Assembly (NCBI GenBank): GCA_048885925.1
Contig: JBHLLG010000023.1
Span: 1 to 42,427, forward strand
Source: Candidatus Hermodarchaeota archaeon
Lineage (GTDB): Archaea; Asgardarchaeota; Lokiarchaeia; Sigyniarchaeales; SOKP01
Length of the DNA stretch: 42,427 nt
Reading direction: 5' to 3'
In this document: piece after piece, positions 9,203-17,270 of the stretch
Layout of the letters: every line of letters begins with the position of its first letter
How positions within the stretch are numbered: the stretch's first letter is position 1
Program-made: the position numbers and the translations under genes
The notes under the pieces: model-generated
Database searches by the model: none
The model's input: only the letters and a program-made list of their open reading frames with translations
What the model was told of the DNA's origin: nothing

Positions 9203-10408
9203 CTAAGTAACAATTGTATGTTTTCTCAAATGAATTTTTTCGAGGATAAAATGACTTAATAGATAACAAGCGATGCCTGTTAAAGGAAATACAATAGCTA
9301 ATTTTATAGTAGGATAAAGACTTAAGGATGCGAACCCAAGTGAAATAGTTATAAGGATGGGTGGATGAAGGAGGTACATATGATATGCGCTTGTAGATAG
9401 GTTTCGCAGTATAGATCCTTGCTTGTTGAATTTTGCATAAAAAACCTTAATCAATACAAAAATAACTCCCATGCAGATGACGTTATCAACCATAGCAAGT
9501 AAAAAGGCATGTATATTAGCCCCTCCGTTGAAATTTATAAAATCTACATCCATTGCTATAGCTATAAAAAAATCAATATAAATTACTATGAGTGAAATTA
9601 TTATTGTAATTAACCATATTTTGACGTGTTTTTTAGTCATTTTTTCGAACCAAAGATACCTAATGCAAATAACTCCAATGCTGAACATCATTAGATATTG
9701 AATGATTTGACCCCATGGTATTTCTAAGGGGCGTACATCTATAGGCAAGAATATACGAACTAAAAAAGTAAAAAATCCTAATCCAATAGCTATAAGAAGT
9801 AAATAAGAATATTTTGGAATGAAAAATTCCTTTGAAATTTTTAGCTGTACCGAGTCTAACTTGGTTATTTGACGCCAGACGGTATAAATTGCAGTGAATA
9901 TTAGTAAAACCTTGAGAAACCACATAGGGCCCCCAAATGATATAAAGTTAATAAAATCTTCCCAAGATAAAAATCTACTAAAATAATAATCTAGAACCGT
10001 TCCTTGCAACATTGGATTAGTATTCCAAGGAGGGATCCCTAAATTGGCTAGGGTATAAATTATAAGAGGATTTATTAATACGGTATAAACAAGGAGAGGG
10101 ATGCCGAGACGAATAAGTCGTTCTTTCCAAAAACTACTAATGCCTTTTCGATCATAACTTTTAGGAGTAAAATAACCCCCTAATAAAAAGAATAATCCTA
10201 AGAGTGAAGTTTGAAATACACCTCCAATTGAAGCCACAAGTAGAAAGAAAATTTCACTGAAAGGATCAAGTGGATTAGATTCTTTATAATACCACCAACC
10301 CACCTCAAAATAAGTTACCATCGTGTGCCAAAAAATCACTAAAATAGTAAAAAGTACTTTTATATTATCAAGGAAGTGGTATCTTATTCCCTTAAATTCT
10401 GTATTCAT
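9203..10408 (-). CDS. acyltransferase family 3 (OpgC/MdoC-like) membrane protein
   Basis: 'RYHFLDNIKVLFTILVIFWH', 'LFFLLGGYF', 'RLIRLGIP', 'PMWFL' and 'SAYHMYLLHPP' motifs. Confidence 0.9.
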   Translation of the reverse strand: MNTEFKGIRYHFLDNIKVLFTILVIFWHTMVTYFEVGWWYYKESNPLDPFSEIFFLLVASIGGVFQTSLLGLFFLLGGYFTPKSYDRKGISSFWKERLIRLGIPLLVYTVLINPLIIYTLANLGIPPWNTNPMLQGTVLDYYFSRFLSWEDFINFISFGGPMWFLKVLLIFTAIYTVWRQITKLDSVQLKISKEFFIPKYSYLLLIAIGLGFFTFLVRIFLPIDVRPLEIPWGQIIQYLMMFSIGVICIRYLWFEKMTKKHVKIWLITIIISLIVIYIDFFIAIAMDVDFINFNGGANIHAFLLAMVDNVICMGVIFVLIKVFYAKFNKQGSILRNLSTSAYHMYLLHPPILITISLGFASLSLYPTIKLAIVFPLTGIACYLLSHFILEKIHLRKHTIVT

Positions 10409-10507
10409 GAGAATGGTTTATCTTATTTTTAAGTTTGATATAAATGTGATAATTTCTAATATAAATTTGATCATTTGTTTATAACTCTTTCCTTTTTAAG
10501 ATGTTGA

Positions 10508-10538
10508 AAAATTTCATTAACATCTTTTCAAAGAAATT
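10508..10538 (+). repeat. degenerate, internally deleted repeat copy F
   Basis: AATTTCATTAACATC (12/15 to the left half of the core) joined to TTTTCAAAGAAATT, which resembles the hairpin segment. AT-rich, so the match is weak. Confidence 0.35.
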
Positions 10539-10547
10539 ATCAGAAAA

Positions 10548-11294
10548 TTAAATAGACGTATAGAAAGGAAGAGTACTGAGTTTTTTTTGGACTTCATTAA
10601 AAGGGTGTAAAGTCATTTTTTTGGTGAGGTCATAAATATCTTCTATATCTGAATAAAAGTTGTACCATTTTACAGCTTTACTATACACAGTTTTATACAA
10701 TTCCTTCTTATTAAGTAAGACATCTTTTGCCACCTCTTTTGGTAAATTTACTATTGTATCCTTGTATACTTTCTCTATAGCAGTTTTTACTTTCATTTTG
10801 GGTTTATCTTGTAATTTTTTTACCACATTATCCATATATTCCTTATATTCACTTAAATAATCAAAAGTTTTTTCAACGTAATTAATCACTTTTTGAGCAT
10901 CAATTTTATAGGCATCAAAACTTTGAATTGTCTCTTCAATCCTAACTTTCGCTTTATCTACAAGTTCATCTTTAATTTCCTTAATTAAAACATCTATTGA
11001 ACCCTCACCAGAGAATAACACACTGGCCTTTGATACTAAACTTAAAAGTAATTGCTTTTCTATTTCTATTGGTGAAGAATGAGCTTTCTTAAGAGTATTT
11101 TCAATTATTTCGGTGTGTTCTCTATTATCAATATTTATCGTATAATCCTCTGCTATCTCTTGCTGTGTTTGATTATTTTCTTGTTTTCCCTCAATGCATG
11201 AAAGACAAATTCCATCATATGTATGTACTTCCCCTATCCAAGTTGCGGTACTATATATTTTTTTACACTTCTCACAATGATAATATTTTACCAT
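10548..11294 (-). CDS. hypothetical protein with N-terminal zinc-finger-like CxxC...CxxC
   Basis: 'HCEKCKK...GICLSC'; GAGGAG RBS-like sequence upstream on the minus strand. Confidence 0.7.
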   Translation of the reverse strand: MVKYYHCEKCKKIYSTATWIGEVHTYDGICLSCIEGKQENNQTQQEIAEDYTINIDNREHTEIIENTLKKAHSSPIEIEKQLLLSLVSKASVLFSGEGSIDVLIKEIKDELVDKAKVRIEETIQSFDAYKIDAQKVINYVEKTFDYLSEYKEYMDNVVKKLQDKPKMKVKTAIEKVYKDTIVNLPKEVAKDVLLNKKELYKTVYSKAVKWYNFYSDIEDIYDLTKKMTLHPFNEVQKKLSTLPFYTSI

Positions 11295-11475
11295 AAGTAA
11301 CTCCTCATACCTTATTTTTAAGTGATTAAAATTATTATATTTAATTTTTCACTTAAATTTATATTATTTTTGTTATATTAGGAAAATAAAATTTATTAGT
11401 AATTTATAATTAGGTTAATATTCTTTATATACATATAATATTGAGTTTATTATTTTTAATTACCTTTTTTGAAGG

Positions 11476-11522
11476 AAATTTTCATTGAAATCAGACGCTA
11501 AATTTACCCTTCTATTCCAATT
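11476..11522 (+). repeat. intergenic repeat copy E
   Basis: AAATTTTCATTGAAATCAGACGCTAAATTTACCCTTCTATTCCAATT; 26/28 identical to the copy A core. Confidence 0.85.
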
Positions 11523-11814
11523 AAAAAAATAGATTTTTAAAAGAAATCAAATTTTCCTCAGAAATGTTCAAGAACGATCATTTATTCTATTAATATTTTT
11601 GATCTCCAAAAATCTTTAATTCCAAATTATCAAAAAAGTGAAAATTAGTTGGGATCCATAATCATAATCTTAAAATTTGCTTAAAAAAATCAATCGTAAG
11701 AAATAAAAATATTAAAAACGAATAAAACCTAAAAGATAAAATATTAATTTACGAAATATAAAAAAGATTGTACAATCTTGTATAAAAAAATTAGAGGTTG
11801 ATGTGAAAAGAGTA

Positions 11815-13758
11815 ATGGAAAATCAAACTCATCGGATTGGTTACTATGCATGTCAGTGAGGTATAAACATCCGAAGTAAAGTTGATTGTGATGAGCTCGT
11901 GGAGTACGTTAAAAACAAATTTCCTGATGAAATTGTTATATCAAAAAAAAACGCTTTCTTATGAACTGATAGTGCTCAAAATGAAATAATTGAGGATATA
12001 AAAGAGAAAAATTTAAACAGAATTGTAGCTTCAGCTTGAACTCCGCGTACACATGAAGTAATTTACCGAGGGACAATCGCTAAGACAGATTTAAATCCAT
12101 ATTATTTTCAGATGGTAAATGTACGGGAACACTGTTCTTGGTGTACAGATAGCAAACAAGAAGCGACAGAGAAAGCAAAAATACTTGTAAAAAGTGGTAT
12201 TGAAAGAGCTAAACTACTAGAGCCAGTTCCGATTAAAACAGTTCCTGTTACAAAAGCTAGTATGGTTGTTGGAGGAGGAATTGCAGGGATGAATGCTGCT
12301 TTGGATCTAGCTAATCAGGGGATCAAAGTCTATTTAGTAGAACAAAAAACAACTATAGGAGGTAGAATGGCTCAATTGGATAGAACATTCCCTACTGATG
12401 ACTGTGCTATATGAATTTGTGGTCCTAAAATGTTAGAAGTAAATAGGAATGAGAATATTGAATTATTAACCTATTGTGAAGTGAAGAAAATAGAGGGTTA
12501 TGTTGGTAATTATAATGTAACAATTGAAAAGAAACCAAGATATACTACAGATGAATGTAATGGGTGTGGAGCATGTGCTGAAGTTTGTCCTGTTTATACA
12601 ACAAATTATTTTGATGAATATTTAGGTACACGAAGGGCAATTGATATTTCCTTTGGTCAAGCGGTACCATTCTTATATGATGTAGATCGAAACGCTTGTA
12701 TTGAATGTTTCTCGTGTGTGGATGCTTGTGAATTAGATGCCATTGATTTTAGCCAAATACCAAAACAGATAGAGATCAACGTTGGTACGATAATAGTAGC
12801 TACAGGTTGGGATATCCATGAGCCTTATGGAGAATACGGTTACGGAGAATTTGAAAATGTTATTACTCAAGCCCAACTTGAGCGAATGTTAGCTCCAAAT
12901 GGACCACTTGAAGGACATGTGCGAAGAATTTCAGATGATAAAAAACCCCAAGAAATCGTATTCATCCAATGTGTCGGAAGTAGAGAAACAGAAAGAACAT
13001 ATTGCAGCGGTGTATGTTGCATGTTAGCTTTAAAAAATGGAAGATTATTAAAAGAAGAATTTCCAGAAGCAAATATTACAATTTGTTATATTGATATAAG
13101 AACAAATGAAAAAGGTTTCGAAGAATATTTCCAACGTGCTAAAGATTTTGATATTAAATTGGTTCGAGGTAAGGTTGGTGAGATCTCTGAAGATCCTGAT
13201 ACTAAAAATATAATACTCCGTGTTTATTCGTCTTTAACGGATGAGATTATAAAAATAGATGCGGATTTAGTTGTTCTATCTACAGCAGCGCTCCCATCAA
13301 AAGGCACCCAACAAATTGTTCAAGTGTTGAATCTTGATACAAATACATATGGGTTCCTTACAGAATCACATTTCGGTTTAATGCCGCAAGAAACTAAAAC
13401 AAAGGGAATATTTATTGCGGGTTTTGCTCAAGGACCAAAAAATATCTCATATTCCGTGTCTCAAGCCAGAGCTGCCGCAAGTAAAGTAGCTGAATTGACT
13501 TCCCCAGGAGAAATCGATTTAGAACTAATAACTGCGGAAGTAGATAGTGAATTTTGCATATCATGTAGAAGATGTGAAAAAGAATGTCCTAAGAATGCCA
13601 TCAAAATAGATGAAGCGATTGGTGCTTTTATCGATGAAATTAACTGCGATGGTTGCGGTATTTGTGCGACCTGTTGTCCTACTCAAGCAATTGACATTAA
13701 ATATTATCGTGATCACCAATTATTTGCTGAAATTACTGGTTTATTAGGAGGTGAATAG
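11815..13758 (+). CDS. hdrA: selenoprotein heterodisulfide reductase subunit A, ~647 aa, 4 in-frame UGA (Sec)
   Basis: One frame from ATG 11815 (alternative GTG 11803) to TAG 13758, interrupted only by TGA at 11857, 11962, 12037 and 12412. Contexts are ACQUGINI, AFLUTDSAQ, ASAUTPRTHE and DDCAIUICGPKM, each matching a Cys in the paralog at 17270. Joins track ORFs 12112-12414 and 12430-13758. Confidence 0.93.
13747..13754 (+). promoter_or_regulatory. Shine-Dalgarno site for vhuD
   Basis: GGAGGTGA 10 nt before ATG 13765, inside the hdrA 3' end. Confidence 0.7.
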
Positions 13759-13764
13759 ACAATA

Positions 13765-14220
13765 ATGCAACATAATTATAAAATAGTAGCTTTTGCTTGT
13801 TTAAAGTGAGGTTATAGCGCAGCAGATTTAGCAGGTGTTTCTCGTTTAAAATATACGACAACAGTAAAAATTGTTAAAGTAAGATGTACAGGGAGAGTTG
13901 ATGTGAAACATATCCTTTATAGTATTATCTCTGGAGCTGATGGCGTCATGGTAGTAGGTTGACGACCTAATGAGTGTCAATTTAAGAATGGTAATTTCAC
14001 GGCTCAACGGCACGTTGATTTGGCAAATAGAATTTTAGAATCTCGAGGTTTTGGAAATCAAAGAGTTAATATGTATTGGTTAAGTGGGGCTGAATCAGAA
14101 AAGTTTGTAAAGAGTGTTGAAGATGCTTATGAAAAAGTAAAACGAGCTGGCCCAAATCCAATTAAAACTATGGATGTCGATATACCAGAAGACAAATTAG
14201 TAATTACCCCTATAGAATGA
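13765..14220 (+). CDS. vhuD: selenoprotein methyl-viologen-reducing hydrogenase delta subunit (VhuD/MvhD), 151 aa, 2 in-frame UGA (Sec)
   Basis: MQHNYKIVAFACLKUGYSAADLAGVSR...RCTGRVD...GADGVMVVGURPNECQF; TGA at 13807 and 13960 align with Cys in CCNWCSY and ITGCHIGDC of the paralog at 20381. Confidence 0.92.
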
Positions 14221-14273
14221 TTCTTATAAAAAAATCTTAGTTATAGGATGACTAACCTTGTGACGGAAGGGGT
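14206..14273 (+). promoter_or_regulatory. eukaryote-type SECIS element candidate
   Basis: AUGAU (14217-14221) / UGAC (14249-14252) non-Watson-Crick core; 8-bp helix UCUUAUAA/UUAUAGGA; A-rich apical loop AAAAAUCUUAG; lower pairing ACCCC (14206-14210) / GGGGU (14269-14273). Confidence 0.8.
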
Positions 14274-14332
14274 TCTAATAAAATTTTAAAAATTATCGAA
14301 TTCTTATAAAGTTTTTAAAGATTACTAAAAAT

Positions 14333-15847
14333 ATGGTTCAAATAGTTAATAATAAATTGTTTACTGGAATATCTCCAAAAGGATTAATGGAAGCAACTTA
14401 TAAAGCTTCATGTAATTTTCAAATTCGAGCTTTTTTTGAAGCAAAAGATGAAATATTGAAGGCTGGAAAATATACCGAGAATGAGTTTTATGAAATTCTG
14501 GATGCGATGATTGATGCAGAAACAGAGCGTAAATTAGTCTTAGAAAAACTAAAAGGTAATAAACCGCTATTTTTAGAAGAACTTGCAATAGTTGTTAAAG
14601 AATTTCCCTTAGAGAATGTAATTAGAGATATAATCTATTTAAAAGAACAAGGATATATTGAGGAACATATTGAAGTTAAAACTAAAAAAGTGATTAAAAA
14701 AATTAAGGGAGAAGAAAAAGAAGTTGAGGAAAGTGAAAATTTCTATAGATATCAAGTGAAAGATATTTCTGATAATTTTATTGAACATTTTTTTGAACCA
14801 GTATCTTTAGTGTCTGAATCTGAAGTATGCTGTCAGTGTGGTTGGTGTTCATCAATTTGTCCTGTAAATGCCATTACAGTTACAGCAGATACTTTAGAGA
14901 TTGATGATGATATTTGTATGAAATGTGGCTTATGTTATTCAGTTTGTCCTCGTTCCTTTTCAATTGAACAAGCTTTATTGAGTATTAACAAGCTCAATAA
15001 ATCATTGAAATTTTCAGAAAAAATCAACGGGTATCTTAATACTTATTCAGCTACAACAACGAGTGATGAGATCAAAAAGATACGACAGGATGGAGGAATT
15101 GTTACCTCTTTACTTGAATATTTATTGAAGAATAAATTAGTTGATGCGATTGTAGCTGTTCAGCATTCACAGGACTATTGGAAACCTGAACCAGTTATAA
15201 TAGATGATATTAAAAATTTATATAAAACTGGTGGAACCAAGTATGCTAATGCATCAACTTTAAACATAATCGATAAAACAAAGAGGTATGAGAATATCGC
15301 AATTGTTGGTGTTCCTTGCATGATGAATGCTCTAGAAAAAGGTAACTTATTCCCAAGCGGATTTCCTTTTTTTAAGAATATCAAATATAAAATTGGACTT
15401 TTTTGCATGGAAGCCTTTCCTTATGAGAATGTGCTTAAACTTATTAAAGAACAATTTGACAAAGATTACACAAAAATAAAAAAAATGGATATTAGTGGGG
15501 GTAAATTTATTGTTTACTTAGATACAGGTGAAGATTTAAGAGTGCCGTTAAATGATGTAAAAGTTTATGCACGTCATAACTGCCATTTTTGCGAAGATTT
15601 AACCTGCGATTGTGCCGATATTTCTGTAGGATCAATAGGATCACCGAGTGGTTGGTCATCAGTAATAACCAGAACGAAAATTGGAGAAAAAATCTTTAAA
15701 AATGCTATTAAAAAGGGTTTAATTGAATCCAAAAGCCTAAAAGACGTTAAACCAGGCCAAGATTTGCTTGAACGGATAGCTGGAACAAAAAGAAAGAATT
15801 GTAAGCCGCTAATATTAAAAAAGAAGACCTTGATTTCAAAATGCTAG
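14333..15847 (+). CDS. coenzyme F420 hydrogenase/dehydrogenase beta subunit (FrhB/FpoF-like) with N-terminal helical/wHTH extension and 2x[4Fe-4S]
   Basis: CCQCGWCSSICP, CMKCGLCYSVCP, QDGGIVTSLL, GTKY, VGVPC, IGLFC, CHFCED and ADISVGSIG motifs. Confidence 0.88.
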   Translation: MVQIVNNKLFTGISPKGLMEATYKASCNFQIRAFFEAKDEILKAGKYTENEFYEILDAMIDAETERKLVLEKLKGNKPLFLEELAIVVKEFPLENVIRDIIYLKEQGYIEEHIEVKTKKVIKKIKGEEKEVEESENFYRYQVKDISDNFIEHFFEPVSLVSESEVCCQCGWCSSICPVNAITVTADTLEIDDDICMKCGLCYSVCPRSFSIEQALLSINKLNKSLKFSEKINGYLNTYSATTTSDEIKKIRQDGGIVTSLLEYLLKNKLVDAIVAVQHSQDYWKPEPVIIDDIKNLYKTGGTKYANASTLNIIDKTKRYENIAIVGVPCMMNALEKGNLFPSGFPFFKNIKYKIGLFCMEAFPYENVLKLIKEQFDKDYTKIKKMDISGGKFIVYLDTGEDLRVPLNDVKVYARHNCHFCEDLTCDCADISVGSIGSPSGWSSVITRTKIGEKIFKNAIKKGLIESKSLKDVKPGQDLLERIAGTKRKNCKPLILKKKTLISKC

Positions 15848-15965
15848 TAAAACCATGAGTTTTATACTTTCAAGATTTTGAGATTTATTACTTATACAAC
15901 ATAAAAAAAAAAAATAATAAGTATAACATGTTATAAGAATTAATTTTTAGAGGATATCTTTTTAA

Positions 15966-17270
15966 TTGTATTATATTAATGGATTGGAAGTGGACATAAT
16001 AACAGAAATTAATGGAAAGGATAAATTGCAACCAAAAATAGATGAAACTGACATCTATCTAGAGAAAATTTATGAAGAAAAATTAAGAGATATGCTGAAG
16101 CGTTGCTATCAATGTGGTCGTTGTTCTGGAGTATGTCAACTTAGCAAAGTTCAAAAGTTTACACCTAGTAGAATCATTCAAATGATCTTGGAAGGTTTTG
16201 AAGACAAGATAATTGAAAGTGGTGTATTATGGGACTGCTTATCGTGTAACACATGTCTACAATATTGTCCTGAAGAGATCAATTTTGCAGATATTGTAAG
16301 AGTCGCGAGATATAAAATGCGAAATTTGGCAAATCAAAGCCCTGATGAATACATAGCTCATAAAGGTATTTATACAACTATTTCTGAAATAATGAGTCAA
16401 CAAGGAATACGTCCTGAAAGAAATCTTGAGTGGGTTCCTAAAGGATGTAAAATTTCTGATAAAGGAAATATAATGTATTATATTGGATGTCTACCTTTTT
16501 ATAATTTTGAATTTGAAAATTCAGATTCTATAGCGAAAAGTACTCTAAAAATTATTTGTCAAATTGAGAAAGAACCTATTGTTGTTCTTAAGGATGAAAT
16601 CTGTTGTGGCCATGATATATATTGGGGACAAGGAAAGTTAAATGAATTTATCAATTTGGCTAAAAAAAATGTTAAAAAACTTGAAGAAACCGGGGCTACA
16701 ACAATTATAACTGCTTGTGCAGAATGTTATAGAACTTTTAGAGTGGATTATACACACTTATTTGAAGATTTTAATGAAAAATTCAAGGTAAAACATATAA
16801 TAGAATATGTTTATGATCTCTGGAAACAAGGTAAAATTGAATTTAAAAGTCCTAAAGATATAACAGAACCTATTTCATTTACATATCATGATCCATGCAG
16901 ATTGAGTAGATTTTTACCTAAAGAAAGCACTTTAATGGAAAATGTAAGAGAGTTATTCTCTGAATTAAAAAAAATTGGTTATGAATTCAATGAAATGGAA
17001 CATAATCAAGAAAATTCTTTATGCTGTGGAGTCAGTTCTTGGATGAATTGTAATGAAAAGTCTAAAGCACTTCGATATAAGCGTATGTTAGAAGCAAAAG
17101 AAGCAGGAACAATAATGGTAACATCTTGTCCAAAATGTGCCATACATTTAAATTGTATCCAAAATGATTATGAAAATTTGGCTTCAGTAGAAATTCTAGA
17201 TTTTTCAGAATTTTTAGTAAATTTAATACAGATTAAAAATGCTGTAGAAAAATCGGAGGTTAAAGAATAA
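15966..17270 (+). CDS. HdrD-like Fe-S oxidoreductase (HdrC-type ferredoxin plus two CCG domains)
   Basis: CYQCGRCSGVC, CLSCNTCLQYCP, EICCGH, TACAEC, YHDPCRL, LCCG and TSCPKC motifs; exact start uncertain. Confidence 0.88.
   Translation: MYYINGLEVDIITEINGKDKLQPKIDETDIYLEKIYEEKLRDMLKRCYQCGRCSGVCQLSKVQKFTPSRIIQMILEGFEDKIIESGVLWDCLSCNTCLQYCPEEINFADIVRVARYKMRNLANQSPDEYIAHKGIYTTISEIMSQQGIRPERNLEWVPKGCKISDKGNIMYYIGCLPFYNFEFENSDSIAKSTLKIICQIEKEPIVVLKDEICCGHDIYWGQGKLNEFINLAKKNVKKLEETGATTIITACAECYRTFRVDYTHLFEDFNEKFKVKHIIEYVYDLWKQGKIEFKSPKDITEPISFTYHDPCRLSRFLPKESTLMENVRELFSELKKIGYEFNEMEHNQENSLCCGVSSWMNCNEKSKALRYKRMLEAKEAGTIMVTSCPKCAIHLNCIQNDYENLASVEILDFSEFLVNLIQIKNAVEKSEVKE

Noticed and set aside
5964-11522. 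Repeats as a CRISPR array or canonical integron attC sites
   Set aside because: Spacing is gene-sized (0.8-1.5 kb), there are no cas genes, there are no RYYYAAC/GTTRRRY ends, and there is no integrase in the window.
13609-13640. AUGA...UGA mini-hairpin inside hdrA as an internal SECIS
   Set aside because: Only about 4 bp of upper stem and no A-rich loop.
11857-13812. Both selenoprotein genes have their first UGA at codon 15 in the context AG-TGA-GGT
   Set aside because: Largely explained by protein motifs (Cys/Sec followed by Gly near the N-terminus); two instances cannot support a recoding signal.
12112-14220. Track ORFs 12112-12414, 12430-13758 and 14020-14220 as separate genes, or hdrA/vhuD as pseudogenes
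   Set aside because: They are in-frame pieces of two genes broken only by TGA at conserved Cys positions, with a SECIS-like element downstream.
14218-14229. Terminal TGA of vhuD as a seventh Sec (..PIE-U-FL*)
   Set aside because: There is no Cys counterpart in the paralog, and the codon is part of the SECIS core, so it is better read as a stop.
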